NCBI GenBank assembly: GCA_045633005.1
Contig: JAZQXT010000007.1
Coordinates: forward strand, 62,709 to 126,708
Length of the DNA: 64,000 nucleotides
DNA from: Eubacteriales bacterium
GTDB taxonomy: Bacteria; Bacillota; Clostridia; Oscillospirales; CAG-272
Direction: 5' to 3'
The position numbers were made by a program, and so were the translations under genes. The notes under the pieces are model-generated. The model searched no databases, had not been told where the DNA came from, and worked only from the letters and a program-made list of their open reading frames with translations. Of this stretch, positions 1 through 11,411 are shown piece after piece (the stretch's first letter is position 1; every line of letters starts with the position of its first letter).

Positions 1-575
1 ACATTGAATATCCTGAAAAGGAAACGCTTCGTCTTGTAATTCTTGCCAAAGAAGGGGACGAGGCTTCTTTTGCGTTTCTTGCAGACAAATTCAAGCCGCT
101 TCTTGATGCGGCTGTGGCGCAGTACCGCGCAGAGCTTTTGCCGCAGGACGTTGAGGAGCTGTCGCAAGAGGCACTCGTTGCATTTCATTCCGCAGTAAAG
201 AGCTACGACCCATCGTATAAGAACGTCAGCTTCGGACTTTACGCAAAGATTTGCGTGAATAAAGCAATAATAAGTGCGCTTCGCGCGATATGGCGGCGCT
301 CGCAGGCGGACCTTGTTCCCCTTGACGGCGTTGAGGATGCGTTTGGAGACGCAGGGGATATCGACCCCGCATCCGAGCTTATTGAGCGCGAGAGTGCGGC
401 GGAGCTGAGCCGTAGGATAAGTGAACATCTTTCTGAGTATGAAAATAGAGTCTGGTGGCTTTATTTTTCGGGACTTTCTTCTGCACAAATAGCACGCGTG
501 GTGGGGCGCTCACCAAAATCGGTAGGGAACGCGCTCTGCCGAATCAGACAGAAATTAAGAGCCTTGCTCTCATAA
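1..575 (+). CDS. RNA polymerase sigma-70 family factor, 5' end cut by window edge
   Basis: The frame of ORF 114..575 stays open back to nt 3 (IEYPEKETLRLVILAKEGDEASFAFLADKFKPLL...), so the true start lies upstream of the window. C-terminal region-4 HTH is present (LSEYENRVWWLYFSGLSSAQIARVVGRSPKSVGNALCRIRQKL). The layout resembles SigH-type factors, but the subfamily cannot be resolved by eye. Confidence 0.8.
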   Translation, partial: IEYPEKETLRLVILAKEGDEASFAFLADKFKPLLDAAVAQYRAELLPQDVEELSQEALVAFHSAVKSYDPSYKNVSFGLYAKICVNKAIISALRAIWRRSQADLVPLDGVEDAFGDAGDIDPASELIERESAAELSRRISEHLSEYENRVWWLYFSGLSSAQIARVVGRSPKSVGNALCRIRQKLRALLS

Positions 576-682
576 GGCTTTTGATATATATGCCCGAATA
601 GCTTAAAGAAGAGCGTTGGGTCACCAAAGGTGGCGGTTGAAGTCCGCCGAGGGCGAATATACATAATTACAAGAGGTAAAAC

Positions 683-1024
683 ATGTACGAAGAAGAAGTT
701 GTGGTTGAAGCCACCGAAGTCGAAACCGAAGTAGCTGCCCCCGAGTATACGGACGAGACTCTCGTTTGCGTTGAGTGCGGTAACGAGTTCGTTTTCGCAG
801 CCGGCGAGCAGGCTTTCTATGCTGAGAAGGGTTACACCAACAAGCCCAAGAGATGCAAGGCGTGCCGCGATGCAAAGAAGAATGCCGGCAATCCTCCCAG
901 ACAGTATTTCTATGCTGTTTGCGATGAGTGCGGCGGTGAAGCCAAGCTTACCTTTGAGCCTTCAAAGGACAGACCTATTTACTGCAGCGCTTGCTTTGAG
1001 AAGAGAAGAAGCGCAAACAAGTAA
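683..1024 (+). CDS. Zinc-ribbon protein with two CxxC...CxxC units and an acidic N-terminus
   Basis: CVECG...CKAC and CDECG...CSAC pairs. SD-like agagg lies upstream. An intrinsic terminator follows. Confidence 0.7.
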   Translation: MYEEEVVVEATEVETEVAAPEYTDETLVCVECGNEFVFAAGEQAFYAEKGYTNKPKRCKACRDAKKNAGNPPRQYFYAVCDECGGEAKLTFEPSKDRPIYCSACFEKRRSANK

Positions 1025-1040
1025 TTCAGCGCTAAAAAAT

Positions 1041-1078
1041 AAATGCCTCGGCAGATGACGAGGCATTTATTTTTTTAT
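1041..1078 (+). terminator. Rho-independent terminator
   Basis: aaatgcctcg / cgaggcattt 10-bp stem with an 8-nt loop, followed by a T-run. Confidence 0.8.
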
Positions 1079-1115
1079 TCAATTTAGAGTATTGGTTGTT
1101 TCAACTAACGGTTTA

Positions 1116-1144
1116 TTGACTCCACCGAAAAAGCGTGATAAAAT
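1116..1144 (+). promoter_or_regulatory. Sigma-A-type promoter candidate for the ABC pair
   Basis: TTGACT-N17-TAAAAT. Confidence 0.4.
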
Positions 1145-1215
1145 TTTTAAAAAAGAGCAAACCGTTCTTACTTTTTTGACACTTAATAGATAAGACCAAA
1201 CGAAAGGATGATTTA

Positions 1216-3045
1216 ATGGGAAAGAAAGAAAGAAAGAAAAAGCTACCGCTTGGACGGACTTTATCGAATAATATCTTCGCTTTGCGGCAGGTGTGGGAGG
1301 GCTCGCGCTCCTACTTCTTTATGTATTATTTCGTTACCGTCCTTAACGCGCCGCTGAACTTTTTGCTCACGACGTATCTCGTCAGAGCTATAGTTGACAG
1401 CGTAAGCGGCACGGGCTGGAGCACTTCCGCCGTGTTCAGGTACATATTTATCGTTGGCGGTGCGGCGATAGTTATTTGGACGCTGTCAAATTACTATTGG
1501 AACGTCTCGTCCGTAAAGGCAAATCGGCGCATACAGCACCGCCTGAAGAAAAAGCTATACAAAAAGGCTACCGAGGTCGAGCTTGCCTGCTATGAGGACC
1601 CCGCCTTTTACGATAAGTACGTAAAGGCGATGGACGAGGTAACGAATAGGGTATACAACGTTATGAATACGCTTGATAACCTTATCTGGACGTTCACCTC
1701 GCTCTCGCTCAACTCACTTTTACTGTTCACTATCGACCCGCTGCTTATCATATTCGCCGTTTTGCCGCTTGTTATGGGCTTTGTGCGGCATTGGGGACAG
1801 GTCATTTATCACGGATGGCAGATGGCGGGTAAGCCGTCCGACCGAAAGTACAATTATGTGCGCCGCACGTTCTACCTTTCGGACTATGCAAAGGAGATGC
1901 GCCTTGGGCGCTTCTCCGAGCAACAGCTTTCGATGCTTGCCGACGTGCGTAACGAAAAGACCAAGCTCTGCGGCAAGCACGGAACCAAGTTTGCGCTGTC
2001 TTGCGTTTTATATGAGTACGGAATGCAGACCGTCACCGTGCTCGGCGCTATGGCGTACTCGCTGTGGCGCACGCTCGGAGAAGGTCAGGGCAGTATGACG
2101 GCGGGTGACTGCATCGTGGTGCTTACCTCGATAGGTAACGTATCGTATATGCTCTCGCGCGTGGTGCAGAACTTTGCGGAGTTTTCCGAGCATTCGCTCT
2201 ATATCGAGAACGTCCGCTACTTCCTTGATTATCAGCCCACGATAACGGAGGATGAGAGCGCACCCGAGGCGTGCGCGGGTGACGTGGAGATAAAGAATCT
2301 TCATTTCAAGTATAGGAACGCCGAAAAGGAGTCGCTTGCGGGTGTGAATATAACTATCCGCAAGGGCGAGAAGATCGCGCTCGTCGGCAGAAACGGCTCG
2401 GGTAAAACCACGCTTGTAAAGCTCCTTTTGCGTCTTTATGACCCCGACGAGGGCGAGGTGTTGCTTGACGGCAAGTCCGCAAAGGACTACCGCCTTTCAA
2501 GCTGGCGCGGACTTTTCGGATGCGTATTTCAGGACTTCAAGCTCTTTGCAATGACCGTAAAGGACAACGTGCTTTTGCGCCGCGAGGAGCAGGGCGACGA
2601 CGAGAGGGTGGATGCCGCGCTCAAGGCGAGCGGTGCGTACGAAAAGGTCGCAACGCTCAAAAACGGAGTCGACTCCATACTTACGCGCGAGTTTGACGAC
2701 GAGGGCGTTAACCTTTCGATTGGCGAACAGCAAAAGATAAGCCTTGCGCGTGTATTTGCCGCGGGCGCGCCCTTCGTGGTGCTTGACGAGCCGTCAAGTG
2801 CGCTTGACCCGATAGCGGAGCATAAGATGTTTGAAAATATGCTCAAGGCGACCGAGGGAAAGAGCGTTATCTTCATTTCCCACCGCCTTTCAAGCGCAGT
2901 TCTTGCCGACCGCGTTTATATGATGGAGGACGGTGTCGTTATCGAGGAGGGCACTCACACGTCACTAATGGAAAAGGGCGGCAAGTACGCCGAGATGTTC
3001 AGACTTCAGGCAGAGAACTACAAGGAGGGCGAGAAGGATGAGTAA
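1216..3045 (+). CDS. ABC exporter, fused permease/ATPase (half transporter), subunit 1
   Basis: N-terminal 6-TM region. Walker A GRNGSGKTT, signature LSIGEQQ, Walker B VVLDEPSSALD, H-loop FISHRL. Confidence 0.9.
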   Translation: MGKKERKKKLPLGRTLSNNIFALRQVWEGSRSYFFMYYFVTVLNAPLNFLLTTYLVRAIVDSVSGTGWSTSAVFRYIFIVGGAAIVIWTLSNYYWNVSSVKANRRIQHRLKKKLYKKATEVELACYEDPAFYDKYVKAMDEVTNRVYNVMNTLDNLIWTFTSLSLNSLLLFTIDPLLIIFAVLPLVMGFVRHWGQVIYHGWQMAGKPSDRKYNYVRRTFYLSDYAKEMRLGRFSEQQLSMLADVRNEKTKLCGKHGTKFALSCVLYEYGMQTVTVLGAMAYSLWRTLGEGQGSMTAGDCIVVLTSIGNVSYMLSRVVQNFAEFSEHSLYIENVRYFLDYQPTITEDESAPEACAGDVEIKNLHFKYRNAEKESLAGVNITIRKGEKIALVGRNGSGKTTLVKLLLRLYDPDEGEVLLDGKSAKDYRLSSWRGLFGCVFQDFKLFAMTVKDNVLLRREEQGDDERVDAALKASGAYEKVATLKNGVDSILTREFDDEGVNLSIGEQQKISLARVFAAGAPFVVLDEPSSALDPIAEHKMFENMLKATEGKSVIFISHRLSSAVLADRVYMMEDGVVIEEGTHTSLMEKGGKYAEMFRLQAENYKEGEKDE

Positions 3046-4909
3046 GAAAAACGAAAACCGCGCTCCCAAGCAATCCTTTGCTATGATAAACCGCAACTAT
3101 TGGCGGATGTTCTTTAAGGTGGTTCGCCTTTCCCCGACGTTTGCGATTGGCGGATTTTTGGTCGAGGGCGTGCTGTGGGGCATCAACCGTGTGGTCGATA
3201 TGTACTTTACGCTCCACCTTTTCAACGCCATTGACGATGGCAAGCCGCTTTCGGAGCTTCTTCGCATAATTCTCTACGTCGCGATATGGCAGATATGCTT
3301 CCAGATAGTAGATAAGATTTATTTTCAGATCATGCGCCCGATATTGCATTACCGTCTGAATTATAACATCCACAAGGAGCTTTTCGAGAAGGCGAAAACG
3401 CTTGATATCTCCTGCTACGACGACCCCGAATTCTATAACGATTTCGTCTGGTCGATGGAGGAGTCGAGCGAGCGTGCGATAAGAGTTATCGAGAACATAA
3501 ACAAGATGGCTCGCGCCGCCGTTGCATTCTTTGCCGCTATCGCGGCGCTTGCCACGGCAGACACGGATGCCGTAGTCATCGTGGTGCTTTGCGCTATGGG
3601 TGTGATAAGCTGTATAGTAAATCACGTCGGCAACAAGGTAAACTATATGGCACGCAAGGAGCGCACGCCGCTTTACCGCAAGCAAAGCTATATCAACCGC
3701 GCGTATCATCTGCCCGATTATGCAAAGGAGATAAGGCTCAGCCGTGCGGACGAGCTGCTCGTGCGCGAGGCTGATGAAAACAACGACGAGCTTGTGCGCG
3801 TGGGACAGAAGTACGGCAAGAAATACTTTTTGCTCTACGGACTTTTCAATAACGTGCTTATGGAGGCGACCTCTCTCGGAATAACCTTTTATATGTTCAT
3901 CTGCCTGCTTCGCGGTTCGATACAGCTTGGCACGTTTGCCGCAAGCGTCGGCATAGTATGGCAGGTCAGACACAGTATTTCCGAGTTTGTCGAGCGCCTT
4001 GCCAAGTTCCCCGAGCACAGCCTTTTCCTTGAAAAATACTACGGCTTCTTAAAATACGAGCCGAAGGTGGTGTCGGGTGAGCGCGAGGTCGGCTTTCTTC
4101 GCTCGCTGGAGCTTAAAAACGTCAGCTTCAGCTATGATTTTTCGGCAAACCCGAAGTATCGCTGGCATAAGGCAGACCACGTTGCGCGTACCGTAGAGGG
4201 CAGTAAGGATGCGCTTACGGGTGTAAACCTGAAGATAGAAAAGGGCGAAAAGATTGCTATCGTCGGCTACAACGGCGCGGGCAAGACTACGCTGATAAAG
4301 CTTCTTATGCGCCTTTACGATCCCACGGGCGGCACGGTCTTCTATAACGGCAGACCGCTCACCGAATACCGCCTTGACGAGTACAGAGATAAGATAGGCT
4401 GTGTATTTCAGGATTTCAAGCTCTTTGACGCGAGCATTGCCGAAAACGTTATGGGCGGCGATTACGACGCCGAGCGCGACGGCGAGCGCGTAAGAGAGGC
4501 ACTTTGCGCGGCGGGCTTTTCCGATAAGCTCTCTACGCTTTCCGCAGGGATAGACACGCACCTCGGCTGTGAGTTCAGCGAGGGCGGTATAAATCTGTCG
4601 AGCGGAGAGGGGCAGAAGGTCGCAATAGCGAGGGTGTTTGCACGCCCCTACGAGCTTTGGATAATGGACGAGCCTTCAAGTGCGCTTGATCCCGTTGCCG
4701 AGTACGAGCTTAATCAGTCCATTCTTGAGCACGCGAAGGATAAAACGGTCATATTCATCTCGCACCGTCTATCCACCACCCGAATGGCAGACAGAATTTA
4801 TATGTTCGATTCGGGACGGCTTATCGAGGCGGGCTCGCACGACGAGCTGATGAGGGCGGACGGCAAGTACGCCGAGATGTTCAATCTCCAAGCCGAAAAA
4901 TACAAATAA
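3038..4909 (+). CDS. ABC exporter, fused permease/ATPase, subunit 2
   Basis: Overlaps the upstream gene by 8 nt. Walker A GYNGAGKTT, signature LSSGEGQ, Walker B WIMDEPSSALD, FISHRL. Confidence 0.9.
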   Translation: MSKKNENRAPKQSFAMINRNYWRMFFKVVRLSPTFAIGGFLVEGVLWGINRVVDMYFTLHLFNAIDDGKPLSELLRIILYVAIWQICFQIVDKIYFQIMRPILHYRLNYNIHKELFEKAKTLDISCYDDPEFYNDFVWSMEESSERAIRVIENINKMARAAVAFFAAIAALATADTDAVVIVVLCAMGVISCIVNHVGNKVNYMARKERTPLYRKQSYINRAYHLPDYAKEIRLSRADELLVREADENNDELVRVGQKYGKKYFLLYGLFNNVLMEATSLGITFYMFICLLRGSIQLGTFAASVGIVWQVRHSISEFVERLAKFPEHSLFLEKYYGFLKYEPKVVSGEREVGFLRSLELKNVSFSYDFSANPKYRWHKADHVARTVEGSKDALTGVNLKIEKGEKIAIVGYNGAGKTTLIKLLMRLYDPTGGTVFYNGRPLTEYRLDEYRDKIGCVFQDFKLFDASIAENVMGGDYDAERDGERVREALCAAGFSDKLSTLSAGIDTHLGCEFSEGGINLSSGEGQKVAIARVFARPYELWIMDEPSSALDPVAEYELNQSILEHAKDKTVIFISHRLSTTRMADRIYMFDSGRLIEAGSHDELMRADGKYAEMFNLQAEKYK

Positions 4910-4910
4910 G

Positions 4911-6221
4911 CTATCCGAAATACTCCGCCGTCCGCCGCTTTACTTCCTCCAAAGCCAAAAGGACGGTGGGGAGATTTATCAGCGTCATAAGCCCTATGGC
5001 GAGGTCGGCAAGCCCCCACGTGAACGCGGGCGGTGCGACGGCACCGAGGTAGGCGCATAGCGCAAAGAATAGAATAAAAAGCCGCCGAGCCGCCAAGTGC
5101 GCCCTCGGCGGTAGCTTTTTTGTAAGGTATGAAAGTGCCTCAAGTGCGTAGAAGCTTTGGCATATCACCGCCGCAAGACCGAAAAGCACCACCGCCGCGC
5201 ACATGGCGTAGTCAGCCCACGCGCCAAGCACGGCGGAGTAGGCGGACAGCGTCATCATCACCGAGTTCTCGCCCCATACGGAGCATTCGCCGTAGCTTAT
5301 AAGTATCACCGCCGCCGTCATTCCGCAAAGAATAACGGTGTCGACGAGCACCTCGACGATGCCCATAAAGCCGCGCTCTGCCGAGGGCGCGTCGCTTACT
5401 GCGTGCGCCATCGGTGAAGTACCCGCCCCCGCCTCGTTGGTGATAAGTCCGCGCATTACGCCGTGGCGCACGGCACGCGAGGCGAGAAATCCTCCCACGC
5501 CGCCGCCCGCCGCCGAGAGGTCAAACGCCTCGCTCATAACGAGCCTGAAAACGGCGGGGAGCGCGTCGGCGCGGATAATGAGCACGGCGGCGGACATAAC
5601 GAAAAATCCAACGCTCATTACGGGAACGAGCGTTCCCGTGACGCGCGATATGCGCTTTATGCCGCCAAGCGCGGTGACGGCGGCAAGGAGGGCAAGCGCG
5701 ATGCCGCTAATGCGGCGGTCGATGCTCATAACGCCCTCAAGCGCACCTGCCACCGCGCCGACCTGAATAAGTCCGCCCATGCTTATCGAGTTCAGGATGC
5801 AAAGCACGACGAAAACGCACGCCGCCGCGCCGCCCACGCGCGAAAAGCCCTTTTTCGACAGTATGGCTTTGATATAATAGGGTGTCGCGCCGTGCTCGGA
5901 CAAAAGCGTCTCGGCGTATTTCAGCGTTGCGGCGGCAACGGCGGAGAGGAGCATCCAGAACACCGCCCCCGCGCCGCCCCACCATATTGCCGCCGAAACG
6001 CCGACTATGTTCCCAACGCCGAGAGTCCCCGCGAGTGCCACGGCGAGCGCACGGCGCGGAGATATGCTATCTTTGCACCCGCCCTTCAAAAGCGGCTTTA
6101 AGACGGCGACGGGATGGAGCATCCAGAAAAAGCGCAGACGCGCAAGCAGGTAAAATCCCGAACCGATGAGCAATACGGGTATGAGCGCGCCGATGAGGTA
6201 TTCGTTTACCGTTTCAAGCAT
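4911..6221 (-). CDS. Alanine/glycine:cation symporter (AGCS) family amino-acid carrier
   Basis: 436-aa polytopic membrane protein whose N-terminal and central segments are typical of AlsT-like carriers. Family call is from overall sequence pattern only. Confidence 0.75.
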   Translation of the reverse strand: MLETVNEYLIGALIPVLLIGSGFYLLARLRFFWMLHPVAVLKPLLKGGCKDSISPRRALAVALAGTLGVGNIVGVSAAIWWGGAGAVFWMLLSAVAAATLKYAETLLSEHGATPYYIKAILSKKGFSRVGGAAACVFVVLCILNSISMGGLIQVGAVAGALEGVMSIDRRISGIALALLAAVTALGGIKRISRVTGTLVPVMSVGFFVMSAAVLIIRADALPAVFRLVMSEAFDLSAAGGGVGGFLASRAVRHGVMRGLITNEAGAGTSPMAHAVSDAPSAERGFMGIVEVLVDTVILCGMTAAVILISYGECSVWGENSVMMTLSAYSAVLGAWADYAMCAAVVLFGLAAVICQSFYALEALSYLTKKLPPRAHLAARRLFILFFALCAYLGAVAPPAFTWGLADLAIGLMTLINLPTVLLALEEVKRRTAEYFG

Positions 6222-6322
6222 AAAAATCCCCCTTTCTTACTGATATTATCTTTATTCCGCATAGGTTTCCGAAATTACTTGGTGTAAATTGTGAACTAAA
6301 TGTTAATTCGTGCCAATACCCC

Positions 6323-6350
6323 TTGATTTTTTTTATTTATGTAGTACAAT
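6323..6350 (+). promoter_or_regulatory. groESL promoter candidate
   Basis: TTGATT-N16-TACAAT immediately upstream of CIRCE. Confidence 0.55.
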
Positions 6351-6361
6351 GTATCTGTAAG

Positions 6362-6388
6362 TTAGCACTCGGCACGAAAGAGTGCCAA
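6362..6388 (+). promoter_or_regulatory. CIRCE operator (HrcA binding site)
   Basis: TTAGCACTC-N9-GAGTGCCAA, against consensus TTAGCACTC-N9-GAGTGCTAA. Lies 40 nt upstream of groES. Confidence 0.9.
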
Positions 6389-6427
6389 AAATGCTGAAAA
6401 ATAAGTTTCCAAGGAGGAAAAAGTAAA

Positions 6428-6715
6428 ATGACTATCAAGCCTTTGGCAGACAGAGTTGTTATCAAGCTCGTTGAAGCAGAGGAAAAAACTAAAAGCGGCA
6501 TCATCCTTACTGCTACCGCGCAGGAAAAGCCCCAGATAGCTGAGGTCGTTGCAGTAGGCCCCGGCAAGACGGGTGACGACGGAGCTATCGTTCCCGTTGC
6601 TCTTAAGGTTGGCGATCGCGTTATCGCCGCTAAATACGCAGGCACCGAGGTAAAGCTCGACGGAGTTGAGTACACCATCATTTCCGAAAAAGACGTGCTT
6701 GCAGTTATCGAATAA
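6428..6715 (+). CDS. groES: Co-chaperonin GroES
   Basis: 95 aa, starting MTIKPLADRVVIK..., directly upstream of groEL. Confidence 0.97.
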   Translation: MTIKPLADRVVIKLVEAEEKTKSGIILTATAQEKPQIAEVVAVGPGKTGDDGAIVPVALKVGDRVIAAKYAGTEVKLDGVEYTIISEKDVLAVIE

Positions 6716-8374
<1,659 letters not shown>

Positions 8375-8382
8375 TTTGCCAA

Positions 8383-8423
8383 GGGGCTGACGGCATTTGC
8401 CGTCAGCCCCTGTTGACTTTTTT
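8383..8423 (+). terminator. Rho-independent terminator after groEL
   Basis: ggggctgacggc / gccgtcagcccc 12-bp stem, attt loop, downstream T-run. Confidence 0.85.
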
Positions 8424-8468
8424 GGCGGTGCGTGGTATAATCGTAATACGATTCAAACGCCGAAAGGA

Positions 8469-9488
8469 ATGGCTTTTATGAAAAAAAGAACGGTTTTTAG
8501 TATACTTATTTCGATTTTGCTTACATTTACGCTTGCGGGCTGCTCGGGCGAGAGGCTTGCAAGCTTTGAAAAGGGCTCGGCACGCTCGCACGTTATACCC
8601 GTGGGCGAGTATTGGTACTCCGTTATCGGAGAATACGGCAAGAGCGAAAAGCAGGTTTCGGTCAGCCGCGCCGTTGACGAAATAAACGTCGTACACACCG
8701 CAGAGGGCGGCGAGCTTTCCTCATTCGTTGCGAGCGACGGCGGCTGTGCTTGGGTGGAGAAGAATGACGATGGGTATTTTTATTATTGTTATTCGCTAAA
8801 AAACGATAAGGTTAAAAAAATATGCACGTCTGCCGCCGAGGATTGGCAGATGCAAAAGATAGGCATAAGCGGCGAGACCGTTTACTACGCCTACGTCGCC
8901 TACGCCGACTCGTCTGCGGCGATATATTCCTACGATATGGCAAGCGGCAAGACCGCAGAGCTTTGCGCTCTTACATATGAGGCAGAGGCGACGATAGACT
9001 GCCTTTCCGTAAGCGGCGGCTATCTTTCGGCGGTCACGCTGAAGGGAGACGGCAGCGTTTTGCTTTCCGTCGAGCTTGCGACGGGCAAAACGGAGGAGAT
9101 TTCGCTTGGCGACGGCGTTTCTCGCGTATTTGACGTTGCGTTTGACAGCGTAACGCAGAAACGGGCGCTTTATTTCAGCGATGAAAATCAGGAAAAGATA
9201 GGAGTGCTTGACGGCGGCGAGATAGTTACGCTTGCGGCGTTTTCGCCCATTCAGTTTGCCTACCGCGACGAGATAGACTTTCTTGACGGAAAGGTATATT
9301 GGGTGCGCGAGACCACCGACACCGAGCCGTCCGAGGCAAAGTACGTGCTGGTCTCTTATGATTACGCATCGGGAGACAGCAAGGAATACGAGAACGTATT
9401 TTTCTTCAACGTGAACTCAAACGGACTCATTACTCTCAATTATGACGGAAAAGAGAGCTTCGAGAAGGTCGATTTGTTTAATTATTAA
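8469..9488 (+). CDS. Putative lipoprotein of unknown function
   Basis: Signal peptide with lipobox LTFTLAGC. SD gaaagga lies upstream of ATG 8469 (ATG 8478 is also possible). Repetitive beta-rich sequence. The 5' extension to 8397 overlaps the groEL terminator and was rejected. Confidence 0.65.
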   Translation: MAFMKKRTVFSILISILLTFTLAGCSGERLASFEKGSARSHVIPVGEYWYSVIGEYGKSEKQVSVSRAVDEINVVHTAEGGELSSFVASDGGCAWVEKNDDGYFYYCYSLKNDKVKKICTSAAEDWQMQKIGISGETVYYAYVAYADSSAAIYSYDMASGKTAELCALTYEAEATIDCLSVSGGYLSAVTLKGDGSVLLSVELATGKTEEISLGDGVSRVFDVAFDSVTQKRALYFSDENQEKIGVLDGGEIVTLAAFSPIQFAYRDEIDFLDGKVYWVRETTDTEPSEAKYVLVSYDYASGDSKEYENVFFFNVNSNGLITLNYDGKESFEKVDLFNY

Positions 9489-9512
9489 ACTGAAATTTGT
9501 TTATATTGCACA

Positions 9513-9549
9513 AAAACGGAAACATCTTTTAGAATGTTTCCGTTTTTTC
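9513..9549 (+). terminator. Rho-independent terminator
   Basis: aaaacggaaacat / atgtttccgtttt stem followed by a T-run. Confidence 0.8.
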
Positions 9550-9578
9550 TTGACAAAAAATCTTTGCGGTGTTATAAT
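9550..9578 (+). promoter_or_regulatory. Sigma-A-type promoter
   Basis: TTGACA-N17-TATAAT. Confidence 0.6.
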
Positions 9579-9615
9579 AAGCTGTATTGAAGATCAAATT
9601 TAGGAGGGATCAATA

Positions 9616-11343
9616 ATGAAAAGAACAGTCTCATTGCTTCTAAGCATTATTACGGTGATTTCCCTTTTCGTAGGAACCGTTACCTTCGGTTCTGTCGGCG
9701 CATCTGCCGCTTATATGGTGGGTGACGTTGACGGCGACGGAAAAATAGGAAATAATGACTATCTCGCGCTCAAATCGGGTATTCAGACGAATGCGGAATA
9801 TTCGGGTACACAGCGCATTTTTGCCGACCTTAACGGCGACGGCGTGGTTACGAGCGTTGACGTTATGATGATGGTGGGCTACATCAATGGAACCGTTACC
9901 TCGCTTGCGACGGCTATAGACCCCGGATACGACGAAGTGTACGATTACGTTACTATAGTTAAGGACTCTAACCTTACTTACAACGCAGGACACGACTCTA
10001 CGGGCGGCACCGCTACCGTTACGGATTCGGGTGCAGGCGTTACTTTGGTTGCGGACTCCGATACGACCGACGAGTATTGGGAGCTGAGCCTCGGCGGCGA
10101 GGTTATTGACGCTAACAAGAAATACACGGTAATATTCAAGCTTCAGAACAGCGTTTCCAACGTTGGCGTAGGCTGCGTAAAGGATAAGCTTATCAAGGAC
10201 GAGGCGGGCAACACCCACCACGGCATCAATACCTTCTACGGCAACTACACCTACGATAGCAGTTCCAAGGCTAAAACCCTTAGATACAGACGCGGTCTTT
10301 ACGAGATAAGCGATACCCGCGACGGCGGCACTCGCAAGTCGTTCCCGTACTCCACCTCTTACGTTGACGACGGCTACGTTACGCTCAAGCTCACCGCAGA
10401 GTATAACGGCACTACGTTTATAAGCACTCTCTACGCTCTTAACACGAGCTATGAGTGGAAAAAGGTCACAAGCGAGCCCGTAGGCTTCTCCGCAGGCAAC
10501 ACCTTCGGACTTTACTTCCTCTTCGGAAGCGAGGCAGGCTCTGTCATTAAGCTCAAGGACGTTGCGTATACTATCGAGGATCTCGGCACGTCCGTAACTC
10601 CTGAATATCCCACTATTGATATTATTGATTTCAACGTTTGGACGAACCATTCAGGCTCTTACGGAACGTCGACTACTAACTGGATAAAGAGCGAATACAG
10701 CCCCGACCTTATGGGCTTCCAGGAGGTTGACTCAGGTTGGTATTCCAAGCTCAAGAGTGCCTTTAGTACAGACTACGGTTACACAGGCGAGTTCAGAACG
10801 TCCAGCGGCGGCGAGGCAGGTCCCGTATTCTACAAGAAGAGCGTATTTACTCTCCTTGATGACGGTACGTATTGGCTCACCAGCACGCCCAATACGGTAT
10901 CGAAGATATCTTCCTCGGCATATTACCGCATAATGACCTACACTCTCCTGTATCACAAGGAATCGGGCAACATTATCAAGTACACCAATACCCACCTTGA
11001 TAATGAATCAAGCTCTGCTCGTCAGCAACAGGCAAGCTACCTTAACACTTACATAAATGAGCTTCCGAGCTACGTTTCCATCGTAACGGGTGACTTTAAC
11101 GAGCAGCCCAGCGGCACCGTATTTTCAAAGATGACGAACACGTACGGCTATTCGAGCCTTGCAAAGATCGCCGAAACTACCGACGGTCAAAGCCATAAGA
11201 CGTACGAGGATGGTCAAATTTACGACTATATCTTCATCAAGGATAAGGCTCGCATCAAGGCGCTGGTCTACGATGTGCGCACGGCGATAGAGGCGAATTC
11301 CGACCACTATCCTCTCTACGGAAAGTTCCAGCTTATCAACTAA
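9616..11343 (+). CDS. Secreted protein: signal peptide, N-terminal dockerin module, C-terminal endonuclease/exonuclease/phosphatase (EEP) domain
   Basis: Dockerin Ca-binding repeats GDVDGDGKIGNNDY and ADLNGDGVVTSVDV. EEP motifs GFQEVD, THLDNES, VTGDFNEQP, SDHYPLYGKF. Confidence 0.8.
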   Translation: MKRTVSLLLSIITVISLFVGTVTFGSVGASAAYMVGDVDGDGKIGNNDYLALKSGIQTNAEYSGTQRIFADLNGDGVVTSVDVMMMVGYINGTVTSLATAIDPGYDEVYDYVTIVKDSNLTYNAGHDSTGGTATVTDSGAGVTLVADSDTTDEYWELSLGGEVIDANKKYTVIFKLQNSVSNVGVGCVKDKLIKDEAGNTHHGINTFYGNYTYDSSSKAKTLRYRRGLYEISDTRDGGTRKSFPYSTSYVDDGYVTLKLTAEYNGTTFISTLYALNTSYEWKKVTSEPVGFSAGNTFGLYFLFGSEAGSVIKLKDVAYTIEDLGTSVTPEYPTIDIIDFNVWTNHSGSYGTSTTNWIKSEYSPDLMGFQEVDSGWYSKLKSAFSTDYGYTGEFRTSSGGEAGPVFYKKSVFTLLDDGTYWLTSTPNTVSKISSSAYYRIMTYTLLYHKESGNIIKYTNTHLDNESSSARQQQASYLNTYINELPSYVSIVTGDFNEQPSGTVFSKMTNTYGYSSLAKIAETTDGQSHKTYEDGQIYDYIFIKDKARIKALVYDVRTAIEANSDHYPLYGKFQLIN

Positions 11344-11357
11344 AAATTGTACAAACA

Positions 11358-11391
11358 GACGGCGTTTTCTTTCGGAAGCGCCGTCGTTTTT
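11358..11391 (+). terminator. Rho-independent terminator
   Basis: gacggcgttttc / ggaagcgccgtc stem (two G-U pairs), tttc loop, T-run. Confidence 0.75.
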
Positions 11392-11411
11392 GGTAAATTT
11401 GACAAAAAATC

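Noticed and set aside
576-682. The zinc-ribbon protein downstream of the sigma factor as a possible anti-sigma (ZAS-like) partner.
   Set aside because: It has no HxxxCxxC motif and no TM segment. A 107-nt gap separates the genes, and the fold looks like a generic double zinc ribbon. The association is unsupported.
4907-4913. Convergent ABC and AGCS genes with stop codons only 1 nt apart and no terminator between them.
   Set aside because: This is noted as a curiosity. Without transcript data nothing can be concluded, and terminators may lie within the opposing coding regions.
5157-6169. Several 80-210-aa Arg/Ala/His-rich ORFs overlapping the AGCS transporter gene. Similar ones lie inside spoVAD/AE, spoIVB and the BadF-type kinase gene.
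   Set aside because: These are out-of-frame translations of GC-rich coding sequence, with biased composition and no SD. The overlapping annotated genes have clear family signatures.
8397-8468. Upstream extensions of track ORFs: 8397, 11444, 13071, 13853, 14517, 15345, 19652, 31744, 32466, 33402, 34711, 37117, 44658, 46399, 54858 and 58975.
   Set aside because: In each case an internal start has a properly spaced SD and/or the extension overlaps a terminator or promoter. The shorter product also matches the canonical family N-terminus. Exact starts remain predictions.
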